From: a virus
Taxonomy: Duplodnaviria; Caudoviricetes
Reading direction: 5' to 3' (one strand)
Virus record (IMG/VR): IMGVR_UViG_3300032319_001071
Coordinates: 20,498-84,497 of that record
DNA: 64,000 nucleotides
Made by a program: the position numbers and the translations under genes
The notes under the pieces: model-generated
What the model was told of the DNA's origin: nothing
The model's database searches: none
Seen by the model: the letters and a program-made list of their open reading frames with translations, nothing else
Shown: piece by piece, positions 46,460-56,580 of the stretch
Numbering within the stretch: the stretch's first letter is position 1
Layout of the letters: every line of letters begins with the position of its first letter

Positions 46460-49400
46460 TTACGCTTGGGCTTCGGTCCATGACAACCGAGTGATAATGG
46501 ATGGGCTGCTGATTGTGCCAATTGGAGTGGCAACCATGGTGATAACGTCCGGTCCATCAGGGTATTTCCCGGAAGCACCAGAAGGAACTGCATTGTTTGC
46601 TCCGCCACCAAGAATGGATGTCGCAAGATCGCGGACCACGCTCAAGTCTTGCTGAGTTACGCCACTGTTGTTGGTAAAAAAAGTGAAGATTTTCTCGCCT
46701 GTGCCGGGAACAAGACGATCAGTCGAAGAATGAATGTAGCGCTGAGCAAGAGAACTTCCTCCAGCGCTAGTAAAAACGGCATTGCTGTAATATAATGTAA
46801 TTCCTGTTCCGCTATATAGTGCCGGAAGAGAAATTTTTGATGTACCCCAATTGGAAACAAATGTTCCCGGCTGAATGCCATTTCCGAATACATATGCTCC
46901 TGTTATTGGAGTCGTGCCGACAAGGGTTCCTACTGTCGCAATGGTTGTGCTGCCAGCAGTGAGAGCCGCTCCGTAATACTGTCCTGTGGAAATGGCAGCA
47001 TTGAGCCACAAATCCACAGCAAATGCATTTCCGCTGGTTTGCGCATCCATTTGACGCAAGATCAACTGCATGCGATTGATGATTTCTTTTGCACCCATTG
47101 CTCCGGTATTGCCAGAATCTACGCTTGGAGCAATGCGAATGGAAATCAGTGGGTATTGTTGTCTGGCAGAAAATCCCGTCAGGGGAACATTCATGCCTGC
47201 CGCAAACACCAATGATTTGTCATCGTCATATCTGCCATCCATGATAACGGCGGAACCCCAATGGGAAAGGGTGGTGGCTAGTGATGGAGCAAATAACTCC
47301 ACTTTTATTGGCGCTGTTGCCGAATACGTAAATGATGTCGCGGAAGAACCGCCCGCCACGCCTCTGGCGCTTACAGTGAACGACGTGTCCGTGCGAGATG
47401 TGTAATCCATGTATTCAATAGTTCCCGAAGAACTGGTAACTACAATACGCCCGCTGGGAGGAAATTGCGAGGCGTCATTGACGTAAAATGTTCCAGTAGC
47501 AGTGGTAATTCCCCACGCAGTTACATATGTTGTTGGAGCAAGTGTATTTGTTTCATACCGAGCGGCCATGTTTCCGCTTCTCATGTATGCTTCTGTATTT
47601 ACATTATTGTTGATAATTCTGTGTCCATAAATGACTTCGCCACGGTTGTTCTTGAAACCAAAACGAATTGCTCCGGCTCCATACCAAGAATAATCCATAT
47701 AAAACATTTGCATTTTAGCAAGATCAACATTAAATCCACTTGATCCTGTTCCGTCACATTTGTCAATATTCCATTGTGATTGAGGAATGCGCGTATCAAC
47801 AATTTTGCTAACAATAATACCCGATTGCACAGAATATGTAAATAATGTACTTATTGGTGTTGAGCCGCGATATTCAGGATAAATAGTCATTGATGTTTGA
47901 GAGGTAATTGAATTAACTGTATATGATTGCCCTCGAATGACTATGTTGTCTCCGGGGGCAAGTTGATCGGCAAAATATGTTCCTTGTCCGGTTACTGTAG
48001 GTGAATTAGTAGTAACACTTACGGTACCACTAATTTGTCGCGTAGAGGAGCGACGAACCGCATAAAGATTTTGACCATCATATTCAAAAAAGAAACCATT
48101 TTGCTGATCAAACATTCCAACACGGTTTTTTCCTCCGTACCATCCACTTGGCGAGACGGTAAGAGCAGAACCCGGAATGGTATACGCAAAATTTGGAGTG
48201 GCATACGTTGCGGTTGTGCCCGCTGATCCAGCCGTCATCGAAGTGGTGCAAGAAATAATCAGTACTGTCGTGCTGAGAACTTGAAGAACAGTAACAACTC
48301 CCGCGCCTACATTGCTAAGACCACTAAGAACTGAACCCGGCACAATTCCTGTTGCCCATGTCGTTCCTGCGACGGTCAACGTTGCAGAATAAGGAGCCGC
48401 AAGCGTTGCAGTCGGACCTGTGCCACTGACAATGCCAATAGTGATGCCTGATGCAGTTCCTGCAAGGGCATTGGTTCCAGAAACCGATGTGGCATTGGTA
48501 GGAGTATTGCTTCCTGTTGAATACGTAAAATGATACGGACTTAATACACTTGCAACACTGAAAATTCCGTTATATGCTGTCGATTGTATGATAAATTTTT
48601 GAGACGAAACGGTTTGTGAAACAATGGCAGTTAATGATGTAGCGCTGACATACGTCACAACTCCGGCGCTTGTTCCGTCCGCAAAAATAAACGTCTGTCC
48701 GGTCATTGCAGATGAAAACTGTGTGCCAACCCCTGTGATGGTAGTCCCACTTTGCGAAGCAACACCGCCGGTATTCAACCCATTGATGTCCACTGCTCCG
48801 GTTACACGCACCGTTGGTGCTGTTGTCATTCCTCCCGGAATGACAATTCCGTGGGGATTCTTGGTTGTCACAAGAGCCGTTGTTCCGTTTGAAACAATTT
48901 GTTCCACACTAAATGAAGGTTTTAAAATTGATCCGGTAGAAAATTGAATTGATTTTCCGGATTGATACCGAAAATACCTTCTTGTTTGACGAATTTGTTG
49001 CAATCCATTAAACGGACTTTGATTGGCAAATTGCACGCCACCGTCAAAAGCCCGATGAATGACATATCCTTGTCCTCGTGGGTACAATATTCCCAATGTA
49101 CCCCCAGTAATGTTTGTGCCACCATTCCATGTCAAATTACCGGTTGTAGCGCCACCGTTTGCAATATACGTAAACGTCGTCGCCGTTGGCGTAGAAGCGA
49201 CAACAAATGTTCCAGCATAATATGTTCCACTTACATTATTAACATGAATATGTTGACCAACATTTAATCCGTGAGCAAATGAAGTTGTAACAGTAGCAAC
49301 AGTATTTGCCGCAGCAATTTGATCAATTGAAATTGAAGAGCCGGTGTACCATGATCCGGGAAAAATTTGCGTTTTTGTCGGATCATACAAATTAGGTGAA

Positions 49401-50365
49401 GTATTATTGTAAAAAAAAGTGGGAACATTTATGGTTTTGAAAGTAATCTGATCTCGAGTAGCAGTGGCTCCGCCCGATCCTGCGGTAATTCCGTCAATAA
49501 TCCACCATCCGTCCACATTTGCTTGGTCAGAACTATTTAAGATATATATTGGCTGACCAACATACAATGTTGTGCCGCCGGTGTTTATAAGCAATGTGCA
49601 TATTCGTGTGTTAGCAGACAGATCATGCGTAAGGATTGAAGGATCAGCAGTTGACCCTCCTGCAGTAGTCAAGGGAGTTCCGGCATTCTTGAATGGAAAT
49701 CCATAAATTACATACTGTTGAGCGGTGCCATATGTAAGGGAATTGGTAACGGTCAATGCTGTGGCGCTCGAAACCGCGGTAATCACTCCGGCTTCTGTGC
49801 CGTCTGAATACACAAGGCGGCTATTGATCATTCCCGGATGAAATGCAGTGTTGGTTCCTGTGACCGCTGTAGTGCTTTGCGTGATGGTACCGGCATTGCT
49901 GATAAACTGCTGACCTGCAGATTCTGGAATATAGAATGCTGTTGGTCGATTATTTACAACAGAAATGGATTCCCATTTTGTTTGTTGCGGTCCATATTCA
50001 AAGTCCGTGTCAATCAATGACTGCGGTGACGAAGTACGCATTTTCCCCACGGGGTCCATGAGGGTTTCAGAGGGATTAATAGTTTCGTATGTTTCCTCGA
50101 CAAGAATGGAAATCTTGTCGGTGCTTACATGGAGTGTCGTATCGTATGAAACAACAATGGTTGTCATTTCATTATTCATGCCATTTACTATGGGAGTTAC
50201 CGTTGTGGCGGCAAAAGTAGAATCACTAAAATTATATAACACAACATTTCTGGTGACATTGGTAATCAGCAATAATTGCTCTCGCCGAATCCATTTCCCC
50301 ATCACCACGATGGTCTTTGTGCTAGGAGTGAATGTATATCCCTCGAGAATGACACGCTTTGCCAC
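46460..50365 (-). CDS. Large virion structural protein, paralogue A2
   Basis: GTG start with GAGGAG; colinear homology to 52990..56577 (PVGKMR.S.PQSLIDTDFEYG, RQTRRYFRYQSGK, MQMFY.DYSWYGAG, RLSWTEAQA). Confidence 0.8.
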   Translation of the reverse strand: MAKRVILEGYTFTPSTKTIVVMGKWIRREQLLLITNVTRNVVLYNFSDSTFAATTVTPIVNGMNNEMTTIVVSYDTTLHVSTDKISILVEETYETINPSETLMDPVGKMRTSSPQSLIDTDFEYGPQQTKWESISVVNNRPTAFYIPESAGQQFISNAGTITQSTTAVTGTNTAFHPGMINSRLVYSDGTEAGVITAVSSATALTVTNSLTYGTAQQYVIYGFPFKNAGTPLTTAGGSTADPSILTHDLSANTRICTLLINTGGTTLYVGQPIYILNSSDQANVDGWWIIDGITAGSGGATATRDQITFKTINVPTFFYNNTSPNLYDPTKTQIFPGSWYTGSSISIDQIAAANTVATVTTSFAHGLNVGQHIHVNNVSGTYYAGTFVVASTPTATTFTYIANGGATTGNLTWNGGTNITGGTLGILYPRGQGYVIHRAFDGGVQFANQSPFNGLQQIRQTRRYFRYQSGKSIQFSTGSILKPSFSVEQIVSNGTTALVTTKNPHGIVIPGGMTTAPTVRVTGAVDINGLNTGGVASQSGTTITGVGTQFSSAMTGQTFIFADGTSAGVVTYVSATSLTAIVSQTVSSQKFIIQSTAYNGIFSVASVLSPYHFTYSTGSNTPTNATSVSGTNALAGTASGITIGIVSGTGPTATLAAPYSATLTVAGTTWATGIVPGSVLSGLSNVGAGVVTVLQVLSTTVLIISCTTSMTAGSAGTTATYATPNFAYTIPGSALTVSPSGWYGGKNRVGMFDQQNGFFFEYDGQNLYAVRRSSTRQISGTVSVTTNSPTVTGQGTYFADQLAPGDNIVIRGQSYTVNSITSQTSMTIYPEYRGSTPISTLFTYSVQSGIIVSKIVDTRIPQSQWNIDKCDGTGSSGFNVDLAKMQMFYMDYSWYGAGAIRFGFKNNRGEVIYGHRIINNNVNTEAYMRSGNMAARYETNTLAPTTYVTAWGITTATGTFYVNDASQFPPSGRIVVTSSSGTIEYMDYTSRTDTSFTVSARGVAGGSSATSFTYSATAPIKVELFAPSLATTLSHWGSAVIMDGRYDDDKSLVFAAGMNVPLTGFSARQQYPLISIRIAPSVDSGNTGAMGAKEIINRMQLILRQMDAQTSGNAFAVDLWLNAAISTGQYYGAALTAGSTTIATVGTLVGTTPITGAYVFGNGIQPGTFVSNWGTSKISLPALYSGTGITLYYSNAVFTSAGGSSLAQRYIHSSTDRLVPGTGEKIFTFFTNNSGVTQQDLSVVRDLATSILGGGANNAVPSGASGKYPDGPDVITMVATPIGTISSPSIITRLSWTEAQA

Positions 50366-50404
50366 TGATGATCTCCTCTTGCGCTCACTAGCACAGACAG
50401 TTTG

Positions 50405-51250
50405 TTATCGGGTAACGGCCCCAAAATTGATGGTGGCAATGCCGCCTGCGCCAGTGACTGCGTTGTGTACGTACAGGCGGAAATGAATCCAGACATCCGT
50501 TGTGGTGATATTGGTTACTGCGGCTCCACCGGCTGGCGACAATGAGATGTCCGATCCAATATCTTGCCAATTATTGAGACCGGTTACTGACCCTTGCAAC
50601 TTGAATCTTCCGCCTGAAATGTTGGTTTCAAAAACTTCAATGGTGAAATTGTTGCGTCCCGGCAATTGCATGGTGACACTTTCCGTACCAACAGGAGTTG
50701 CTGTTCCGGCAATGGTGGTTGATGCGACATATGCCGTCATTTCCGTTGCTGTACTGACCGTCTGGCTTGGAGTGATTACCCATGAGGTACCCGATCCTGA
50801 AGAAATGGTCGTTCCCGCAGTCACTCCAGTGCCGCTGATCTTCTGCCCAACGGCAAGTGTTCCGCTTTGCACGCTCGCGACTGTCAGCGCCGTTCCGGCA
50901 ATCGTTCCGGTAAACACTGCCGGTTGCGTACTAACGCGATAGGTTCCCGCATATCCGCCAGCGTTCAGGAATTCCTGAATGGTCGTTCCTGCAAGGATGC
51001 CCGTTCCACTAATGGTCTGTCCGACAAACAGTCGTCCGGTTGCCGCTGCGGTTACCGTCAACGTTGTTCCGCCCTGCGATGCGGTAAATGATCCGGTTCC
51101 GGAAATTGGCATGATATCGTAGAGTGCAATGGGATTGCGGGCAAGATAAAAATTCCTCTGTGCTTCCGCAATGTCGTCAATAACGTACGACGAGGGACTG
51201 TACCCATACAGTTTCTTTAATCCAACTTCACTATATTGCTTATCTGCCAT
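50405..51250 (-). CDS. Virion protein with two beta modules
   Basis: CAGGAG RBS before MADKQY; two TTLTV...GQ.ISGTG..AGTTI modules and a jelly-roll-like C-terminus. Confidence 0.75.
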   Translation of the reverse strand: MADKQYSEVGLKKLYGYSPSSYVIDDIAEAQRNFYLARNPIALYDIMPISGTGSFTASQGGTTLTVTAAATGRLFVGQTISGTGILAGTTIQEFLNAGGYAGTYRVSTQPAVFTGTIAGTALTVASVQSGTLAVGQKISGTGVTAGTTISSGSGTSWVITPSQTVSTATEMTAYVASTTIAGTATPVGTESVTMQLPGRNNFTIEVFETNISGGRFKLQGSVTGLNNWQDIGSDISLSPAGGAAVTNITTTDVWIHFRLYVHNAVTGAGGIATINFGAVTR

Positions 51251-51278
51251 TTTAATCTCCTGCAATTATTCTATCATT

Positions 51279-52988
51279 TTATGTTGTAGATGATGCGGTT
51301 GCATTGATTTCTGCCACGTTATTTTCAAGCGTCTTGACTTTTTCAGATAACTCTTTTACGGCATTTACCAAAGCCCACTGCAATTCATTGGTATTTAAAT
51401 TATATAGCTCTATTCGTTGTACGGTTTGATCTTCTAGTGTTTCTTCATGAATATAGGTGCCAACCATTTCTGGCCATGATTCGACAATGTCTTGCGCAAT
51501 GATTGAAACATGATTTTTGCCGTCATCTTGTGATCCGTATAATCCATTGAGCCTATATACCATTGGATTCAATGTCACAATTTCTTCAAGACCCTTGTCG
51601 TATGGATGAACAATGTTCTTAATTCGTCCATCAGAACTGATTGTCCATGTATTGCTTGTGGGCTTTGCCGCCGAATCTGCCGATAATGTCAATTTGTATC
51701 CCGGACTTGTTGTGCCAATTCCAATGCGAGCGTTGACTGTATCGAGAGTAAGCAAATTCGATGCAATATTCAATGCCGGAGTTGCAGATGACAAAGACCA
51801 TGAAGAGGCGGCGCCAAGAGAAAGGTTCAATGCAGATGCACTGGTACTCACTACCACAGGACTTGCACTAGAGGCGTTCTTAATAGTGGCACCCGTATAC
51901 GACCACGAACTGCTTGTGCCTCCGGACAAAGTTTGCGTTAATACTAAAGACCCAGATATTCCTGCTGCCCTATATCCATAGGCTTTCCATGCAGCATCCG
52001 CAGTTGCACTCCAAAAACCAGTTTGACCTGCTGAAGGCGTGTTTGATTTATTATAGGTAATTAATGACGAAATAACAATGTTATTAACGGATGTTGGCAC
52101 CGTAATGGTAATATCGCCAGAAAAGCTTGTTCCATTTGTTGTTTGATAATTAGACATTGGTGTGGTTTGATCGACATTTGTCCAAGTGGTAATTCCAAAA
52201 CCACAAAAACTTTGTGCGGACATTGTGACAAATACGTTATTTGCTCCAGAATCCGGGTTTGTTAAATACCAGAATGATTGAACGGGATAGCCAACAAGAG
52301 TTCCTAGCAACGTAAGGTTAGTGGCAACGCCTCCTCTAGGGTACGTGATGCTTCCAACCGCTCCGCTTTCATTTCCCACAAAGCTTACAACGAGTAATCT
52401 ATTTGAACCACTGCCTGTAGTATGAGAAATAGTGTACGTGGCTTGTCCTCCAGACATCCCAAAACTTGTAGCATTATCAAATGCAACAGTTTGCGCTGTA
52501 ATTGTTTTATCCAATGCAACATCGGTATTGCTAAAACTTAATGTGCCAGCACCAGTAAGGCGCATTCTTTCGACAAGCGCATTTACCGCTGATCCGCTCG
52601 ACCCTGCTGGCGCTGTCTGAAATACGATATCTCCGGGTGTTCCAGAGCCGCTACTTGCGCCTGCAGCAATGGTGAGGTTTGATCCTGCGAAGTTTGTGCT
52701 GCCATCTGTAACAGAAACGCCTTTGATCGCTGCATTGCCAGCCATTGTTAAACCACGAGTTCCGTTTATTGCAACAGAGTCGTTGAATGTTTGCGGACGC
52801 GTCCACGTAATGGGCGAAGAAGCAAGAAGGGAAGGTTGCGCCAATTCTCGCCATTCGGGCGAATTCCCATTTCCAACCAGCATCTTGTATAACTGGTTGG
52901 TTGTCGGGTTGAACCATTCGTCTCCCGCCTGACCACCCATTGGCTGAGTGGTCGAGACGGTATGTTTTGGAAATTGACGCGTACTCAT
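51279..52988 (-). CDS. Tail fibre with C-terminal intramolecular chaperone (Peptidase S74)
   Basis: SSDGRIKNI...LNPMVY...IIAQDI...WPEMV...ALVNAVKEL autocleavage chaperone signature. Confidence 0.85.
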   Translation of the reverse strand: MSTRQFPKHTVSTTQPMGGQAGDEWFNPTTNQLYKMLVGNGNSPEWRELAQPSLLASSPITWTRPQTFNDSVAINGTRGLTMAGNAAIKGVSVTDGSTNFAGSNLTIAAGASSGSGTPGDIVFQTAPAGSSGSAVNALVERMRLTGAGTLSFSNTDVALDKTITAQTVAFDNATSFGMSGGQATYTISHTTGSGSNRLLVVSFVGNESGAVGSITYPRGGVATNLTLLGTLVGYPVQSFWYLTNPDSGANNVFVTMSAQSFCGFGITTWTNVDQTTPMSNYQTTNGTSFSGDITITVPTSVNNIVISSLITYNKSNTPSAGQTGFWSATADAAWKAYGYRAAGISGSLVLTQTLSGGTSSSWSYTGATIKNASSASPVVVSTSASALNLSLGAASSWSLSSATPALNIASNLLTLDTVNARIGIGTTSPGYKLTLSADSAAKPTSNTWTISSDGRIKNIVHPYDKGLEEIVTLNPMVYRLNGLYGSQDDGKNHVSIIAQDIVESWPEMVGTYIHEETLEDQTVQRIELYNLNTNELQWALVNAVKELSEKVKTLENNVAEINATASSTT

Positions 52989-52989
52989 A

Positions 52990-55900
52990 TTACGCCTGTG
53001 CTTCAGTCCAACTCAGACGAGCAATGATCGTGGCGCTGCTTACCGCACCGATTGGCGTGGCAACCATGGTGATCACATCAGGGCCGTCAGGATATCTCCC
53101 TGCTGTGCCTGATGCGACCGCATTGTTTGCTGCACCTCCAATGATTGATGTAGCAAGATCACGAACTGCAGATAAGTCTTGCTGCGTGACGCCTGACGAG
53201 TTGGTAAAGAACGTGAAAATCTTTTCTCCTGTTCCCGGCACAAGACGGTCAGTCGTTGCATGCAAATATCGCTGGGCCAGCGATGAACCACCAACGTTCT
53301 GGTAGGTTGCCCCACTGAACCAAAGCGTGATGCCGGTTTTTGTTGCAGTTGCCGCTTGATTCATGACGGTTGTACCAGAACTAATAAATGATCCGGGCAG
53401 AATATTCGGACCATTTACCTGCTGGCCCAGTGCGGATGCTGTTCCGACTAATGTTCCAAGCGTCAATGTTGTACTGTTTGCTGTTGTGCTTGAACCATAA
53501 TAAAATCCTGTTGCTACTGCGGCATTGAGCCACAGGTCAACAGCAAAGGAATTTCCGCTTGTGAATGCGTCCATCTGACGAAGGATCAACTGCATTCGAT
53601 TAATCACTTCCCTTGCGCCCATTGGCCCCACTGTGCCGCTGTCCACACTGGGCGCGATACGAAGTGAGATCAGCGGATATTGCTGACGTGCGGTAAGCGC
53701 CGGAGTCGGCGTATTCATACCGGCACTGAAAACCAACGACTTATCATCATCATATCGACCATCCATGATGATCGAGGAACCCCAATGGGATAGCGTGGAT
53801 GCGACTGAAGGCAAGTAGAGTTCAACCTTGACAGGTGCTGCCACCGAAGGAGCAAACGATGTTGCTGACGTTCCCCCAGTCTGCGCCCTCGCACTGATCA
53901 CAAATGTTGCGTCTGTGCGAGAGGAATAGTTCATGTATTCAATAGGTCCGCTTGGAGATGTAACCACAATGGTTCCAACTGGAGGAAACTGACTTGCATC
54001 GGCTACGAAAACAGTTCCCGTGCTAGTCGTGATTGGCCAACTGGTAACCCACGTGGTTGGAGCCAACGTATTGGTTTCATATCGTGCCGTCATGTTTCCC
54101 GAACGCATGTACGCTTCTGTATTGGCGTTATTATTGACAATGCGATGACAATAAATAACTTCGCCGCGATTATTCTTGAAGCCAAATCGAATTGCCCCGG
54201 CACCATACCATGAGTAATCTATATAAAACATCTGCATTCTGGTAAGATCAGCAGTGAATAACGAGTGACCTGTGCCATCACACCGATCAATATTCCATGC
54301 GGACTGAGGAATGCGCAGGTCTACCGTCTTGCTGATGATCACTCCGGATTGCGCTTGTGATGCATACGCAGCATTTAACGGTGTTGCTCCACGATATTCC
54401 GGGTAAATGTACATTTGGGTGGCAGAAGAAATAGATCCAACCGTGTACGATCCGCCACGGATCACAATTGAGTCTCCGGGTTTCAGGTGATTGGACAAAT
54501 TCCCTACAGCAGCAGTAGCCACGACGGACTGCGATCCTTGTGTTACCGTAAACGTTCCGGGAAGTTGCTGAGTGCTGCTTCGACGCACCGCACTCAATGT
54601 TTGACCATCAAACTCAAAGAAAAATCCATTTTGTTGATCAAACATGCCAACACGGTTCTTGCCTCCGTACCATGCATTTGGCGAAACAGAAATTCCTCCC
54701 GGAAACGTTTCAATCGGAAAAGCAGTAGTTGTCGAATTTGTTGGTGTAGAAGACATGGTGTACGTTAATGTATAAAGAGACGGTACACTCGCAATAGTAA
54801 AAAGTCCATTGTACGCAGTTGATTGAACGTAATATTTTTGCGCAGCAACAGTTTGCGAAATGGTTACCGTTAATGAGGTGGCGCTTACATAGGTAATGAC
54901 ACCAGCACTTGTGCCATCAGCAAAGACAAACGTTTGACCAGTAAGCACAGACGTGAAGTTTGTATTGACGCCCGTTATTACGGTGCCTGATTGCGAAGCG
55001 GTTCCCGGAAATGCAATATTCGATACGTCAGCAGCACCAGATACCTTGATTTGTGCGTTTGTTCCCACTGAAGAAAACGTAATTCCATGTGGATATTTTG
55101 TCGTAACCGTCGCTGTTGTGCCGCTTGATGTAATTGAATCAACTGTCAAAGATGGCTTTAAAATAGATCCAGTTGAGAATTGAATTGCTTTGCCACTTTG
55201 ATAGCGAAAATATCGTCGAGTTTGACGAATCATTTGTAATCCATGATATGCCGTCTGATTGGCAAACTGCACACCACCGTCAAATGCGCGATGAATAACA
55301 TATCCTTGTGCCCGAGGAAATAGCGTGCCCTGCAATCCGCCGTTCAGCGTCAGTGTGCCCGGTGATCCGCCTGCCGGAGTGGTGATGGTAAATGTCGTAA
55401 GTGACGGCGTGGTCGTGATAGCCCATGTTCCATTGCAATTAGCCGTAGCGGTGTTATTGACATGAACCTGCTCTCCAACGCTTAATCCATGCGCAGCCGG
55501 TGTGGTAACCGTCATGATGTTTGACGCGCATGCGATTGATGTAACTGGAATGTTTGAGCCGTAATACCATGAACCGGGGAAAATTTGCGTTTTTGTCGGA
55601 TCAAAAAGATTTGTTGTTCCGGTGATAGCCAATGTCTTGAAACTTACAATGTCGTTGACCCCCGCACCTGCAGACAGTGTGGTGTTTACAGTAATTGAAT
55701 CAATAACCCACCAACCGTCAACGTTTGCCTGATCAAGCGAGTTTGAAACATAAATAGGCTGGCCAACATACAGTCCTTGCCCTCCTGCATTGAGCAGGAG
55801 CGAAATTGTGTAGCCGCTAGCGTCAAGAGCGGTATTCTTGAAAAGAATTGAGGGGTCAGCAGTAGTCGAGGGAGTAGTGCTGCCACCCTTGTATGGAATG

Positions 55901-56577
55901 CCGTAAATAGAGTATGGCTGCGCCGCAACGGTGGCAGACGTATTCACCGTGAGACTTGTCGCACTGGCAACGGCGGTAATAACACCCGCGTCTGTTCCAT
56001 CCAGAAAAACAAAACGGTTGCCGACCATGGCTTGCGACCATGTCGTTCCTGTCCCAGTAATTGTCCCTGTACTTTGCGCAGCAGTTCCAGCATTGTAAAC
56101 AAACTGCTGACCTGTTGCAGCAGGATCATAAAAACACGTGGGACGATTGTTCACAAGCGAAAGAGTTTCCCATTTGGTAGGCTGACTCCCATATTCAAAG
56201 TCAGTGTCAATTAGACTTTGAGGCGTTGAAACACGCATTTTTCCAACAGGATCCATCAGTGTTTCGGCGGGAAGAATAGATTCATAGGTCTCTTCGACAA
56301 GAATGGCTAACTTGTCGGTAGAGGAATGACTAGTCGTGTCATAAGAAACAACAACCGTGGTGATTTCATTTGTCTGTGTTGTCGGACTTTGCTGACTTAT
56401 TCCAGTCGTATATGCCGATACCCCAAGCGACGGATCGCTGAAATTGTAAATGACCGTATTTTTCGTCACATTGGTAATAAGCAACAATTGCTCACGCCGA
56501 ATCAATTTTCCATACACTACAATCGTTCGTGTAGATGGAGTGAATGAATACGATTCAAGGATTACATGCTTGGCCAT
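52990..56577 (-). CDS. Large virion structural protein, paralogue A1
   Basis: Colinear paralogue of 46460..50365. Confidence 0.8.
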   Translation of the reverse strand: MAKHVILESYSFTPSTRTIVVYGKLIRREQLLLITNVTKNTVIYNFSDPSLGVSAYTTGISQQSPTTQTNEITTVVVSYDTTSHSSTDKLAILVEETYESILPAETLMDPVGKMRVSTPQSLIDTDFEYGSQPTKWETLSLVNNRPTCFYDPAATGQQFVYNAGTAAQSTGTITGTGTTWSQAMVGNRFVFLDGTDAGVITAVASATSLTVNTSATVAAQPYSIYGIPYKGGSTTPSTTADPSILFKNTALDASGYTISLLLNAGGQGLYVGQPIYVSNSLDQANVDGWWVIDSITVNTTLSAGAGVNDIVSFKTLAITGTTNLFDPTKTQIFPGSWYYGSNIPVTSIACASNIMTVTTPAAHGLSVGEQVHVNNTATANCNGTWAITTTPSLTTFTITTPAGGSPGTLTLNGGLQGTLFPRAQGYVIHRAFDGGVQFANQTAYHGLQMIRQTRRYFRYQSGKAIQFSTGSILKPSLTVDSITSSGTTATVTTKYPHGITFSSVGTNAQIKVSGAADVSNIAFPGTASQSGTVITGVNTNFTSVLTGQTFVFADGTSAGVITYVSATSLTVTISQTVAAQKYYVQSTAYNGLFTIASVPSLYTLTYTMSSTPTNSTTTAFPIETFPGGISVSPNAWYGGKNRVGMFDQQNGFFFEFDGQTLSAVRRSSTQQLPGTFTVTQGSQSVVATAAVGNLSNHLKPGDSIVIRGGSYTVGSISSATQMYIYPEYRGATPLNAAYASQAQSGVIISKTVDLRIPQSAWNIDRCDGTGHSLFTADLTRMQMFYIDYSWYGAGAIRFGFKNNRGEVIYCHRIVNNNANTEAYMRSGNMTARYETNTLAPTTWVTSWPITTSTGTVFVADASQFPPVGTIVVTSPSGPIEYMNYSSRTDATFVISARAQTGGTSATSFAPSVAAPVKVELYLPSVASTLSHWGSSIIMDGRYDDDKSLVFSAGMNTPTPALTARQQYPLISLRIAPSVDSGTVGPMGAREVINRMQLILRQMDAFTSGNSFAVDLWLNAAVATGFYYGSSTTANSTTLTLGTLVGTASALGQQVNGPNILPGSFISSGTTVMNQAATATKTGITLWFSGATYQNVGGSSLAQRYLHATTDRLVPGTGEKIFTFFTNSSGVTQQDLSAVRDLATSIIGGAANNAVASGTAGRYPDGPDVITMVATPIGAVSSATIIARLSWTEAQA

Positions 56578-56580
56578 TTA

